From the NCBI GenBank assembly GCA_039630575.1, contig JBCNUW010000001.1:32659-96658 (forward strand): a stretch of 64,000 bases of DNA. Reading direction: 5' to 3'. A program made the position numbers and the translations under genes. The notes beneath the pieces are model-generated. The model ran no database searches. It was given only the letters and a program-made list of their open reading frames with translations, and was not told where the DNA came from. Shown one piece after another: positions 30,086 through 40,254 of this stretch. The DNA comes from Candidatus Hydrothermales bacterium. Lineage in GTDB: Bacteria; Hydrothermota; Hydrothermia; Hydrothermales; JAJRUZ01. Positions within the stretch are counted from its first letter, which is position 1. Each line of letters starts with the position of its first letter.

Positions 30086-32875
30086 ATGAATCAATATATA
30101 AGGGTTTACGGTGCGAGGGAGCATAATCTAAAAAATATAAATGTCTTTATACCCAAAAATAAACTTGTTGTAATCACAGGTATTTCAGGTTCAGGCAAAT
30201 CTTCTCTTGCTTTTGATACACTTTATGCTGAAGGACAGAGAAGATACTTAGAATCTCTTTCATCTTATGTAAGACAATTTATAGGCAAAATTGAAAAACC
30301 AGATGTTGAACTCATAGAAGGACTTTCTCCAGCAATAGCAATTGAGCAAAGAAAGATTCAAAAAAATCCAAGATCAACCGTAGCAACAGTTACAGAAATT
30401 TATGATTACCTTAGACTTCTTTTTGCAAGGATAGGGCTTCCTTATTGTCCAAATTGTGAAATTAAACTTACAAAAAGTACTGTTGATGAAATTGTAGATT
30501 TATTACTCAAAAGGGAAAACGAAAAAGCAATGATTTTAGCTCCCTTAGTTAAAGGAAGAAAGGGAGAATATAAGAGTTTGTTCGAAAGGCTAAAAAAACA
30601 GGGCTGGTCAAGAGTGAGAATTAATGGGTTAGTTTATGAAATTGAGGATCTACCAATTTTAGATAAAAACAAAAAACATAACATAGAGCTTGTTGTTGAC
30701 AGAGTGGTAATTAAGAAAGATTCAAAATCCCGAATAGCTGAGTCTATAGAAGTAGCTTTGAAATACGGAGAGGGTAACGTTTTGGTTTTTTATTTAAAAG
30801 ATGAGAAAGAAGAAATATTTTCAGAATCCTTGAAATGTCCTAAATGTGATTTTTCACTACCAGAACTTGAACCACGTCTTTTTTCTTTCAATTCTCCTTA
30901 TGGTGCATGTAAGGAATGTCATGGTCTTGGTTTCAAAAATGAAATTGATCCTGAACTTTTAGTAAACCCGCATCTTTCAATTCTTGAAGGCGCAATAAGA
31001 CCAATTGGCGAGCCTTACGGGTCACTTTATTATAAAATTTCAAAGTTATCAAGAAAATTCAATGTGACACTTGATAAACCCTGGAAAGAATTACCGTCTG
31101 AATTTAAAGAAGTTGTTCTTTATGGTGATAAAAATAATGAATACTTTTACGATTTTGACGGAATTATTCCTTTTTTGCTAAGAAAATACGAAGAAAGTGA
31201 ATCTGATTATGTTATTCAAGAAATTGAAAAATATGTTGTAAAAAAAAGTTGTCCAGAATGCAAAGGTGCAAGGTTAAACAAAAGTGCCCTCGCTGTAAAG
31301 ATAGAAGATAAAAACATTTATGACTTAACTAAACTTGATGTTTTCTCAGCAAAAAAATTTTTTGAAAATCTTAGATTGAAAGATAGAGAAAAAACTATCG
31401 CTGAAAGGATAATAAAGGAAATATACGATAGACTTAATTTTCTTGATAATGTCGGACTTTATTATTTAACCCTCGATAGAACTATGGAAACTTTGTCAAG
31501 TGGAGAAGAGCAGAGAGTAAGGCTTGCAACACAAATTGGAAGTGGATTAACAGGTGTTCTTTATGTTTTAGATGAACCCTCAATCGGTTTACATCCAAGA
31601 GATAATGAGAAACTCATAAGTACACTTATTAAATTGAGAGATCTTGGAAACACAGTACTTGTAGTTGAGCATGATGAATCTACAATAAGAAGTGCTGATT
31701 ATATTATAGATCTTGGACCAGGAGCAGGAGAGGAAGGTGGATTCGTCGTAGCTCAAGGCACAACTCAAGATATTATGAATTCTCCTAATTCAATAACTGG
31801 TAAATATTTAAAGGGTGAACTAAAAATAGAGGTTCCAAAAAAAAGAAGAATACCGTCAGATAAGTGGCTAATTCTGAAAAATGCAAGAGGATATAACTTA
31901 AAAAATGTCACACTTAGGATTCCTCTTGGACTTTTTGTTTGCATCACTGGAGTGTCAGGTTCAGGAAAGAGTACATTAATTATCGAAACTTTGTACAGGG
32001 CTTTAAAGAGGATTCTTTATAATTCTTCTGAATTTCCTGCTCCTTACGATGAAATTGTAGGTATTGAGAATATAGATAAAGTTATTAATATAGATCAATC
32101 ACCAATAGGAAGAACACCAAGATCAAACCCTGCAACCTATACAGGAGTTTTTTCACCTATAAGGGATCTTTTTGCTTCCCTTCCTGAAAGCAAAATGAGG
32201 GGGTATAAACCTGGGAGATTCTCCTTTAACGTTAAAGGAGGTAGATGCGAAGCTTGTGAAGGTCAGGGCTATAATGTTATTGATATGCTTTTTTTACCAA
32301 GTGTTCATGTTCCTTGTGAAGTTTGTAAAGGAAATAGGTACAATAGAGAAACATTAGAAATTAAATTTAAAGGTAAAAGTATAGCCGATGTTTTAGACAT
32401 GTCTGTAAAAGAAGCTTACGAGTTTTTTGAAAATGTTCCAGTAATTAAAAGGAAGTTAGATCTTTTAATAAGCGTTGGTCTTTCTTATATAAAACTTGGA
32501 CAACCTGCAACAACACTCTCTGGTGGTGAGGCACAAAGAATAAAACTTTCAAAAGAACTTTCTAAGGTTGCTACAGGTAAAACTCTTTATATTCTTGATG
32601 AGCCAACAACAGGACTTCATTTAGACGATATAAAAAAGCTTTTAAATGTCTTACAGCTACTAGTTGATAAAGGTAACACCGTTATAGTAATTGAACATCA
32701 GCTTGATGTAATAAAATCTGCTGATTGGGTTATAGATTTGGGTCCTGAAGGGGGAGATAAAGGCGGTTTTATTGTTGAAGAAGGTCCACCAGAAAAAATT
32801 GCAAGTTGCCCAAAGTCTTACACAGGTAAATTTTTAAAAAGAATATTGAAATTGGAGGAAAAAATAAAAGTATGA
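30086..32875 (+). CDS. uvrA: Excinuclease ABC subunit A
   Basis: GAREHNLKN, two Walker A motifs GxSGSGKS, zinc fingers, LSGGEAQR. Confidence 0.98.
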   Translation: MNQYIRVYGAREHNLKNINVFIPKNKLVVITGISGSGKSSLAFDTLYAEGQRRYLESLSSYVRQFIGKIEKPDVELIEGLSPAIAIEQRKIQKNPRSTVATVTEIYDYLRLLFARIGLPYCPNCEIKLTKSTVDEIVDLLLKRENEKAMILAPLVKGRKGEYKSLFERLKKQGWSRVRINGLVYEIEDLPILDKNKKHNIELVVDRVVIKKDSKSRIAESIEVALKYGEGNVLVFYLKDEKEEIFSESLKCPKCDFSLPELEPRLFSFNSPYGACKECHGLGFKNEIDPELLVNPHLSILEGAIRPIGEPYGSLYYKISKLSRKFNVTLDKPWKELPSEFKEVVLYGDKNNEYFYDFDGIIPFLLRKYEESESDYVIQEIEKYVVKKSCPECKGARLNKSALAVKIEDKNIYDLTKLDVFSAKKFFENLRLKDREKTIAERIIKEIYDRLNFLDNVGLYYLTLDRTMETLSSGEEQRVRLATQIGSGLTGVLYVLDEPSIGLHPRDNEKLISTLIKLRDLGNTVLVVEHDESTIRSADYIIDLGPGAGEEGGFVVAQGTTQDIMNSPNSITGKYLKGELKIEVPKKRRIPSDKWLILKNARGYNLKNVTLRIPLGLFVCITGVSGSGKSTLIIETLYRALKRILYNSSEFPAPYDEIVGIENIDKVINIDQSPIGRTPRSNPATYTGVFSPIRDLFASLPESKMRGYKPGRFSFNVKGGRCEACEGQGYNVIDMLFLPSVHVPCEVCKGNRYNRETLEIKFKGKSIADVLDMSVKEAYEFFENVPVIKRKLDLLISVGLSYIKLGQPATTLSGGEAQRIKLSKELSKVATGKTLYILDEPTTGLHLDDIKKLLNVLQLLVDKGNTVIVIEHQLDVIKSADWVIDLGPEGGDKGGFIVEEGPPEKIASCPKSYTGKFLKRILKLEEKIKV

Positions 32876-33726
32876 AAAATATTTACGATTTTATTGAAAA
32901 AGAAGAACTTATTAAAATTGTGAAAAGGGCTCTTAAAGAAGATATTGGCAAAAAGGATTTAACTAGCGATTTGATTTTTAAAGATTACGAAAAAGCAAGA
33001 TTTTCATTAATTTCAAAAAAAGAAGGAATATTATGTGGCACAGAAGTTTTTAATTTAGTTTTTAAAGTTTTAGATGAAAATACCTTTATAAAATGGAATA
33101 AAAATGAGGGAGAAATTTTTAATAAAAATGAAAAAGTTGCTGTTTTAGAAGGAAAAATTAAACAAATTTTAAAGGGTGAAAGGGTAGCTTTAAACTTTCT
33201 TTCGCATCTTTCAGGTATTTCAACTCAAGTTTTCAAATTGAAAAACAAAGCTGGAGATTTGATAATAAAAGATACAAGGAAAACAATACCGTTAATAAGG
33301 AGATTACAAAAATACGCTCATTTTGTAGGTGGAGGAGAAAATCACAGAATGACTCTTTCAGAGGCTGTTATGATAAAAGACAACCATAAAAAATTAAAAG
33401 GTTTGGAAGAAATATTAAATATAATAAAAAGAAAAAAGTTAGAGAAAAAAGTTATTTTAGAAGTGGAAAATTTGGAAGAATTCAAACTAGCCCTTAAATA
33501 CAATATAAAATATGTAATATTGGACAACATGAATATTGAAGATATAAAAAAAGCTGTAGAAATAGGTAAAAATAACGTATTTATAGAAGCAAGCGGCAAC
33601 ATAAACTTTGAAAATATTGAAATGTATAAAGATACTGGAATAAACGCTGTTTCGTGTGGTTTTTTAACTCATTCTGTCAAAATCATTGATTTTTCTCTTG
33701 AGGCGGAGGAGGTTATATATGAATGA
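32872..33726 (+). CDS. nadC: Quinolinate phosphoribosyltransferase
   Basis: ERVALNFL, DTRKT, HR, IKDNH, EVE, LDN and EASG motifs. Confidence 0.95.
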   Translation: MKNIYDFIEKEELIKIVKRALKEDIGKKDLTSDLIFKDYEKARFSLISKKEGILCGTEVFNLVFKVLDENTFIKWNKNEGEIFNKNEKVAVLEGKIKQILKGERVALNFLSHLSGISTQVFKLKNKAGDLIIKDTRKTIPLIRRLQKYAHFVGGGENHRMTLSEAVMIKDNHKKLKGLEEILNIIKRKKLEKKVILEVENLEEFKLALKYNIKYVILDNMNIEDIKKAVEIGKNNVFIEASGNINFENIEMYKDTGINAVSCGFLTHSVKIIDFSLEAEEVIYE

Positions 33727-34660
33727 AAAAAATAAAATAATTGAGAAAATTCTTTATCTTAAAGAAAAAAAAGATGTTTTAATTTTGGCTCATAATTATC
33801 AAATTCCTGAAATACAAGATTTAGCTGACTTTGTTGGTGATTCTCTTGCCTTATCGCAAAAAGCTAAAGAAACTAATAGATCCATTATAGTTCTATGTGG
33901 AGTTCTTTTTATGGCTGAAACAGCAAAGATTTTAAATCCAGAAAAAAAAGTTCTTATTCCTGATCCTGAAGCAGGTTGTTCTTTAGTAAACAGTATAACA
34001 TTACAAGATTTAATAAAGTGGAAAGAAAAACACCCAAAAGCAGTTGTTGTTGGTTACATAAATACCTCTGCTGAAATTAAGGCTGAATGTGATTATATAT
34101 GTACCTCAAGCAATGCTGTAAAAGTCGTTGAATCAATACCGGAAGATGTAGAGATTCTCTTTCTACCTGATATGTTTCTTGGTTTATATGTAAAAGCGAA
34201 AACAAATAGAAAGAATATACATATATGGCCAGGTGAATGCCATGTCCATGCTGCGATAAGGATTGAAGACATAAAAAAAGCACACAAAGAACATCAAGAA
34301 GCAGAACTTCTAATCCACCCAGAATGCGGTTGTTCCTCTTCATGTATGTATCTCGTTCAGGATGGATTGTTAAAAGGAGAAATACTCTCCACTAGTGGAA
34401 TGATCTCCTATGCTAAAAAGTCTAATTCTCATGAATTCATTATTGCGACTGAAACAGGTATTTTACATCCTCTAAGAAAAACTCTTCCAAACAAAAAATT
34501 TTATCCTGTAAATGAAAATGCTGTTTGTGAGTATATGAAAAAAATAACGCCTCATAAATTACTAAAGAGTATTGAAGAAGAAATTTACGAAATAAACCTT
34601 GATGAGAAAATTTTAAAAAAAGCTCAAAATGCTATTGAGAAGATGCTTTCTATTACCTAA
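33719..34660 (+). CDS. nadA: Quinolinate synthase
   Basis: LAHNYQ, GDSL, CGVLFMAE and three Fe-S Cys (AGCSL, GECHVH, VCEYMK). GGAGG upstream supports ATG 33719. Confidence 0.96.
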   Translation: MNEKNKIIEKILYLKEKKDVLILAHNYQIPEIQDLADFVGDSLALSQKAKETNRSIIVLCGVLFMAETAKILNPEKKVLIPDPEAGCSLVNSITLQDLIKWKEKHPKAVVVGYINTSAEIKAECDYICTSSNAVKVVESIPEDVEILFLPDMFLGLYVKAKTNRKNIHIWPGECHVHAAIRIEDIKKAHKEHQEAELLIHPECGCSSSCMYLVQDGLLKGEILSTSGMISYAKKSNSHEFIIATETGILHPLRKTLPNKKFYPVNENAVCEYMKKITPHKLLKSIEEEIYEINLDEKILKKAQNAIEKMLSIT

Positions 34661-34670
34661 AGTAAGAAAT

Positions 34671-35513
34671 CTATAGAACTACTTCTTCTCTTCTATCAGA
34701 GTGACATTGAATATTAACTGATACAGGTAAAGATGTTATGTGGCAAGGATAAACTTCAATATGAACATCTAAGGCTGTTATTCTGCCACCCAAACCCATA
34801 GGGCCTATTCCTAATTTATTAATTTCTTCAAGAAGCTCTTCCTCAAACTCTGCATAGAAAGGATCAGGATGTCTCTGTCCCAAAGGTCTTACAGTTGCTT
34901 TCTTTGCTAAAAAAGCTGAATATTCAAAGGTTCCACCTATGCCGACTCCAACTATAATAGGTGGACAGGGATTTGCCCCAGCATTTTTTACGGTCTCTAT
35001 TACAAATTTCTTTATACCCTCTTTTCCCTCTCCAGGAAGTAGCATCTTAAATGCACTCATGTTCTCACTTCCACCACCTTTTGGCTCTAAAATTATTCTT
35101 AACTTATCTCCTTTTACCATATCGAAATGAATTACCGGTGGAGTATTGTTTCCAGTATTTTTTCTCCTAATAGGATCAGCGACTATAGACTTTCTTAAAT
35201 AACCCTCAGTGTAACCTCTTCTTATTCCTTCAATCAAGGCATCTTTCAACGAACCACCTTCAATCTTTACATCTTCTCCTATTTCCACAAATAATACTGC
35301 AAATCCAGTATCTTGGCAAAGAGGAATTGAGTCTCTCTTTGCTATCTCAATATTCTCTAATATTTGTGATAAAATTGCTTTACCAAAATCTGATTCTTCA
35401 TTTTCGTACGCCCTTTTCAAAGCTTCTACCACATCAGGTTTTAATTCATGAGTTGCTTTCATACACATATTTTTTACTTCTTCAACAATCTTTTCATACT
35501 TTATTATCTTCAT
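34671..35513 (-). CDS. Fe-S hydro-lyase alpha subunit (class I fumarate hydratase / tartrate dehydratase alpha)
   Basis: PLCQDTG, KGGGSEN, ANPCPP, GIGG and PCHI motifs. Confidence 0.9.
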   Translation of the reverse strand: MKIIKYEKIVEEVKNMCMKATHELKPDVVEALKRAYENEESDFGKAILSQILENIEIAKRDSIPLCQDTGFAVLFVEIGEDVKIEGGSLKDALIEGIRRGYTEGYLRKSIVADPIRRKNTGNNTPPVIHFDMVKGDKLRIILEPKGGGSENMSAFKMLLPGEGKEGIKKFVIETVKNAGANPCPPIIVGVGIGGTFEYSAFLAKKATVRPLGQRHPDPFYAEFEEELLEEINKLGIGPMGLGGRITALDVHIEVYPCHITSLPVSVNIQCHSDRREEVVL

Positions 35514-36360
35514 TTAATACCTCCTTTATAATATTATAATTATAATCTGAACTTTCAATCTTTAATAAATACTCGTTATCATTTTGATTTCTAATCTGTA
35601 TTCTACTAATTCTTCTACACATAAAATTATCCTTTTTTAATTCTATTAAGCAACCATCAAGTCCCAACTTTGAGTTAGAAGGGCTAAAGGGATAAGGTAT
35701 ACCACTCAAAAATCTGTTTATAATAGATTCTTTCTCTCCCCCAATCACAGAATCAAAACCACCTGTCATTCCAACGTCTGTTATATATCCGGTACCTTTA
35801 GGTAAAATTATATTATCTGAAGTTTGTATGTGAGTATGTGTACCAACAATTGCAGAAACTTTTCCATCTGCATAAAAAGCAAAAGCAACCTTTTCTGAAG
35901 TGGCTTCAGCATGGAAATCAACAATAATAGGGAGTTTTATCTTTCTCAAAGTTTCATCAAATTTTTTAAAAGGACACTCTAATGGATTAATGAACACTCT
36001 TCCCATTAAATTTATAACATAAAGCTCTATACCTTGGACATTAAACTTTGCATATCCTCTCCCAGGGGCTAAATCTGGATAATTTAAAGGTCTCAATATA
36101 TTTTCCTTTGTATCAATCCATTTTAAAATATCTTTTTTATCCCAAATATGATTTCCACTTGTTAAACAGTTCACACCACAGTTTACAATCTCGTTAAAAA
36201 TTTTCTCTGTTATTCCACTTCCATGAGCAGCATTTTCAACATTTGTAATAATAAAATTGATCTCCAAATATTTTTTTAGTAGGGGAATAAATTTCTTAAG
36301 AGCGATCCTTCCAGGTTTACCAACTACATCACCTATAAAGAGAATATTAAGGGTGTCCAC
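35494..36360 (-). CDS. ymdB: YmdB-family metallophosphoesterase
   Basis: GDVVG, NVENAAHG, SGNH, VDFHAEATSEK, GTHTH and TDVGMTG motifs. Confidence 0.92.
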   Translation of the reverse strand: MDTLNILFIGDVVGKPGRIALKKFIPLLKKYLEINFIITNVENAAHGSGITEKIFNEIVNCGVNCLTSGNHIWDKKDILKWIDTKENILRPLNYPDLAPGRGYAKFNVQGIELYVINLMGRVFINPLECPFKKFDETLRKIKLPIIVDFHAEATSEKVAFAFYADGKVSAIVGTHTHIQTSDNIILPKGTGYITDVGMTGGFDSVIGGEKESIINRFLSGIPYPFSPSNSKLGLDGCLIELKKDNFMCRRISRIQIRNQNDNEYLLKIESSDYNYNIIKEVLNEDNKV

Positions 36361-36994
36361 TTATGTATATTTTCTTTGCTAAAACAAGGTCATTAAATAA
36401 ATTTTCTTCCTCCTCAGGGTTTTTCAAAACTCTTGATGGATGTATTGTTATAATCACCTTACTTTTTCCATACTCATAGATAACACCTCTTTCCCTTTTT
36501 ACCGAAATTTTCTTTCCAGTTAAAATATATGATGCGTATCTTCCGAGAGCAACTATAACTTTTGGTTTCAAAATTTCAATTTGTTTTTCTAAGTAAGGAA
36601 AACACATTTTTAGTTCATTTTCCTCAGGATCTCTGTTCATTGGCGGTCTACATTTTATGGTATTTGTAACATAAACTCCTTCTCTTCTTATACCTGCCCT
36701 TCGCATAATATCATTCAATTTTTTTCCTGCTTTTCCAACAAAAGGTAAACTTCTTTTATCTTCTTCCTGTCCAGGTGCCTCCCCCACCATTAAAAAACCT
36801 GTCAGAGGATTACCATGACCAAAAACAACATTAGTTCTTGTTTTACTGAGAGGGCATTTTTTACACTTCAAAACAAATTTCTCTAATCTTTCTAATGCTT
36901 CAGTAACTTTTAAAGTGTTTTTCTCTAAAATTAAATTCTTTTCCCCTATTAAATCCCTAAGGTAAAAAATAGTGTCATAGGTACTTAAACTCAT
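36347..36994 (-). CDS. Uracil-DNA glycosylase, family 4 (Fe-S)
   Basis: CKKCPL, VGEAPG, PFVG, KCRPP and HPS motifs. Confidence 0.93.
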   Translation of the reverse strand: MSLSTYDTIFYLRDLIGEKNLILEKNTLKVTEALERLEKFVLKCKKCPLSKTRTNVVFGHGNPLTGFLMVGEAPGQEEDKRSLPFVGKAGKKLNDIMRRAGIRREGVYVTNTIKCRPPMNRDPEENELKMCFPYLEKQIEILKPKVIVALGRYASYILTGKKISVKRERGVIYEYGKSKVIITIHPSRVLKNPEEEENLFNDLVLAKKIYISGHP

Positions 36995-38163
36995 TGAGAT
37001 AGAAGTTCGGAAATTTTCTTTACAATTCTGAAGGCAGCTTTCATTTTAGATAATTCTCCCTCATCTATTACTTCTTTATTTTTATTTATAATTTTAAAAT
37101 CTATGTTGTCTGAAGAAATGGTTTTTATTGTATTTAATATTATAACATCAAGATTTTTCTCCCTGAGTTTTTTGTAGGCAACTTCAACATCAGGTTTCTC
37201 TTCAAGCGCAAATCCTATTAATTTTGTTTTCTTTTTCAAACTCGATAAACTTTTTAAAACATCTGGGTTTTCCTCAAGTTCTATCTTTAATTTCCTTCTG
37301 TTCTTTTTTATCTTTCCTTCAAATTTTTTCTTTGGTCTAAAATCAGATAAAGCAGCACACATGATTAGAGCATCGTATTCACCTTTAATTAGCTCACCCT
37401 TTAAGTTTTCTAAAAACTCTAAAGTAGAATTTAATCTGATTACATCTGGAGGAATTTCGAAATCTGTTTTTCCGGCAAATACCTTCAAGTTAGCACCGGC
37501 AATCTTTAAAACTTTATAAAGCGATAAACCCATCTTTCCAGAAGACCTATTAGTAATCACTCTTACATCATCTATCTCTTCTTCGGTTCTACCAAAGGTT
37601 AACAAAATTTTTTTACCTTTTAGTCTATTAATTAGTTCAATATAAGATTCGATTTCTTTTAAAAGTTCTACTGGCTCTTTAAGTCTTCCTTTACCCACAG
37701 TAAGATCTGACATTTCTCCTTCCACAGGTTCTATTATGAAAACTCCCATTCTTTCAAGATTTAACAGATGATTCTGTAATATTTCATTTTGATAAAGAGT
37801 TGGATGCATACAAGGAGCTACTATTTTGGGAAGGTTAGCTGAATGAAATACAAGAGAAAGTAAGTCATCAGCAAGTCCAACTGAAGCTTTTGTTATAAAA
37901 TTAAAGGTAGCAGGAATTATAGCAACTAAATCACATTCTCTTGCTAATCTAATGTGTATAGGTGTCTTATTTTCGTTTTCTTCAAACATATCATAGTACA
38001 CTTTTTCGTTTAGAAGAGATGTAAGGGATAAAGGGGTGACAAATTTAAGGGCACTTTGAGTTAAAACTGGAATAACTCTATGTCCTCTCTTAAGTAAAAG
38101 CCTAGATAATTCAATAGCTTTAAAGGCAGCAATACTTCCTGTTATACCCATCAGTATATTCAA
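36991..38163 (-). CDS. coaBC: Phosphopantothenoylcysteine decarboxylase/ligase
   Basis: GITGSIAAFK, PAT, TEEEIDDVRVITNRSSGKMG and GFALE motifs. Confidence 0.95.
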   Translation of the reverse strand: MNILMGITGSIAAFKAIELSRLLLKRGHRVIPVLTQSALKFVTPLSLTSLLNEKVYYDMFEENENKTPIHIRLARECDLVAIIPATFNFITKASVGLADDLLSLVFHSANLPKIVAPCMHPTLYQNEILQNHLLNLERMGVFIIEPVEGEMSDLTVGKGRLKEPVELLKEIESYIELINRLKGKKILLTFGRTEEEIDDVRVITNRSSGKMGLSLYKVLKIAGANLKVFAGKTDFEIPPDVIRLNSTLEFLENLKGELIKGEYDALIMCAALSDFRPKKKFEGKIKKNRRKLKIELEENPDVLKSLSSLKKKTKLIGFALEEKPDVEVAYKKLREKNLDVIILNTIKTISSDNIDFKIINKNKEVIDEGELSKMKAAFRIVKKISELLSQ

Positions 38164-38375
38164 GGTCCAACCTTCCTTGTCTCAACTTCACCTTTTTCAA
38201 AGTTTGAAAGAGCTTCACTAATTGCCTTCTTGCCGGGAGATTCTACCCCAATTTCAAAAATTTCTTTTAGTATTCTTCTTGTTTCTCTCATAATTATAAC
38301 AAGGGATCTAAATTTATTTTTGTCATTTTTTAAAATTTCTTCAATAGAGAATTCTTTTAAGTTCTTTTTCTCCAT
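38160..38375 (-). CDS. rpoZ: RNA polymerase omega subunit (probable)
   Basis: 71 aa with NKFRSLV..RETRRI..KKAISEAL pattern; lies directly upstream of coaBC, the usual rpoZ context. Confidence 0.65.
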   Translation of the reverse strand: MEKKNLKEFSIEEILKNDKNKFRSLVIIMRETRRILKEIFEIGVESPGKKAISEALSNFEKGEVETRKVGP

Positions 38376-38387
38376 CTAATTTTTTGA

Positions 38388-38460
38388 TGGGCCGTCCGGG
38401 ATTCGAACCCGGGACCCCTGGATTAAAAATCCAGTGCTCTTCCTCCTGAGCTAACGGCCC
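38388..38460 (-). tRNA. tRNA-Lys (anticodon UUU); 3' CCA not encoded
   Basis: GGGCCGT/ACGGCCC acceptor stem, GCTC/GAGC D-stem, CTGGA-TTTTTAA-TCCAG anticodon arm, CCGGG-TTCGAAT-CCCGG T-arm; followed by A-TCA rather than A-CCA. Confidence 0.97.
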
Positions 38461-38469
38461 TGGTTTTTT

Positions 38470-38477
38470 ATTATAAT
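38470..38477. promoter_or_regulatory. Palindromic ATTATAAT, a candidate bidirectional -10 for tRNA-Lys (-) and cdd (+)
   Basis: TATAAT on both strands; 9 nt from the tRNA 5' end and 7 nt from the cdd ATG, in a 24-nt gap. Confidence 0.55.
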
Positions 38478-38484
38478 ATTTATA

Positions 38485-38883
38485 ATGAAAAAAATTCAAG
38501 CAGAGTTTCTTGAAATTTACAAATTAGCCCTTAAAGCAAAAAAGAGAGCTTATGCGCCGTACTCAAATTTTAAAGTTGGTGCTGCACTGAAAACAAAGTC
38601 AGGTAAAATTTACACCGCTTCTAATGTAGAAAATTCTTCTTTTGGTTTAACTGTATGTGCAGAAAGAATAGCTATTTTTAAAGCAGTTAATGATGGTTAT
38701 AAGGATTTTAAAATTATAGCTGTTTGTGCTGATAAAGAAGTATTTCCATGTGGTGCCTGTTTACAAGTTATGAATGAATTTTCACCTGAGTTAAAAATTC
38801 TTCTTAAAATTGAGGGAAATTTAAAAGTTTTTAAATTAAAAGAGCTCTTGCCTTTTGGTTTTGAAAAAGATTTTTCCTTATAA
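38485..38883 (+). CDS. cdd: Cytidine deaminase (homotetrameric type)
   Basis: AYAPYSNFKVGAA, NVEN, CAER and PCGAC motifs. Confidence 0.95.
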   Translation: MKKIQAEFLEIYKLALKAKKRAYAPYSNFKVGAALKTKSGKIYTASNVENSSFGLTVCAERIAIFKAVNDGYKDFKIIAVCADKEVFPCGACLQVMNEFSPELKILLKIEGNLKVFKLKELLPFGFEKDFSL

Positions 38884-38889
38884 TAAAGC

Positions 38890-39246
38890 ATGGCAATAAT
38901 AAGGTTAATATTTGGCCTTGTAGTTTTTTTCTTTCTGCTTTTTGTTTTTCTTCAAAATGCTGAAGAGCGTGTAAACCTTCATTTTCTGCAATACTCTTTC
39001 ACCAATTTACCACTTTTCTGGGTTATTTTCTTTTCCTTTCTTGCTGGATCCCTATTTGTAGTTATTCTTGCAATTTATCAAGAAATAAGATTTCGATTCA
39101 AAATTTTTAAAAAAAATATTGAAATAAAAAACTTAAGAAGAGAAGTAAACGAGCTTAGAAAAATGTTAACCGAAGAAACAAGTTTTGAAACTCAAAGCCA
39201 TTTGGAAACCCAAAATCAAGAGAAAAAAGAAAAGGAAGAGGAATGA
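38890..39246 (+). CDS. lapA: LapA family (lipopolysaccharide assembly protein A) membrane protein
   Basis: TM-QNAEERVNLHFL-TM-coiled coil; adjacent to a LapB-like gene. Confidence 0.75.
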   Translation: MAIIRLIFGLVVFFFLLFVFLQNAEERVNLHFLQYSFTNLPLFWVIFFSFLAGSLFVVILAIYQEIRFRFKIFKKNIEIKNLRREVNELRKMLTEETSFETQSHLETQNQEKKEKEEE

Positions 39247-39249
39247 ATT

Positions 39250-40254
39250 ATGAAATTTTTTAATATTTTTAAAAAAAATTATGCCATTGATAGACTAATA
39301 AGGAGATTTAAAAGGGGTAAGGATTTAGACTTTGAGGAATATCTCAAACTAGGTGATTATTACAGAGAAAACGGTTTTTATGCTAAAGCCCTGAGAGTTC
39401 ATCTTAGTTTAGATATAAAAAAAGATCTTACGGATTTGCAGAGAGCAAGACTAAATAAATCACTAGGATTAGATTACTTAAACTTATATCAATATAAAGA
39501 GGCAATTGATCGTTTTATAAAGGCTGATAATTACTACAAGGGAGAGGATGAAGAAACAAGAAATGGTCTCCTTAAGGCTTACGAATTTTCAGGTGACTGG
39601 GACTCCGCTTGTGAGCTAAAAAAAGAAATTTTAATTTCAAACAAGATTTATTCTGAGGAAAAAATGGCAAGATACTACCTTTATGCAGCTGAGGATCTGA
39701 TAAAAAGAGAAAATCATAAAAAGGCTAAAAAATTTTTAAGGGAAGCGTTAAAGTTAATGGAAAACATAAATGAAACTTACTATTTTTTGGCTGAAGTTGA
39801 AGAAAATCTGATAAAGAAACTTGAATATTATGAGAAAATTTCTGATAAATTTCCATACTTAGTTTACCGGAAATTAGTAAAATTAAAAGAAAAGTTCTTT
39901 GAGCAGGGAAAAATGTTAGAACTTTTCAACTTTGTTAAAAAAAGTGAAAATACCTATTTAAAGGCTTTTTTAGTTTCTCTTTTAATTCAAAAGGGGGAGT
40001 ATGAGGAGGCAAAAAGTATTATAAAAAACTTAATTTCAGAAAATGATGAAATCTTTCTAAACATCTATCTTTTGATTCAATCAGTTGAACTTAATTTAGA
40101 AGAGGAAACCCTTAAATTAGTTAGAAGAATAGAAAGGGATCTAAAAGAATTAACTTTTATATGTACATCATGTAAAAAAGAATTCAAAGAATATAGATTT
40201 AGATGTGAAAACTGTGGTAAGACAAAGAAACTAGTTTTAAAAATAAATATTTAA
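39250..40254 (+). CDS. lapB: LapB-like TPR protein with C-terminal rubredoxin-type metal site
   Basis: LGDYYRENGFYAKALRVH TPR start; C-terminal FICTSC...FRCENCG. Confidence 0.7.
   Translation: MKFFNIFKKNYAIDRLIRRFKRGKDLDFEEYLKLGDYYRENGFYAKALRVHLSLDIKKDLTDLQRARLNKSLGLDYLNLYQYKEAIDRFIKADNYYKGEDEETRNGLLKAYEFSGDWDSACELKKEILISNKIYSEEKMARYYLYAAEDLIKRENHKKAKKFLREALKLMENINETYYFLAEVEENLIKKLEYYEKISDKFPYLVYRKLVKLKEKFFEQGKMLELFNFVKKSENTYLKAFLVSLLIQKGEYEEAKSIIKNLISENDEIFLNIYLLIQSVELNLEEETLKLVRRIERDLKELTFICTSCKKEFKEYRFRCENCGKTKKLVLKINI

Noticed and set aside
31490..31520. UvrA first ABC signature reads LSSGEEQR instead of LSGGEAQR
   Set aside because: Minor substitution; all other UvrA motifs are intact, so there is no evidence of altered function.
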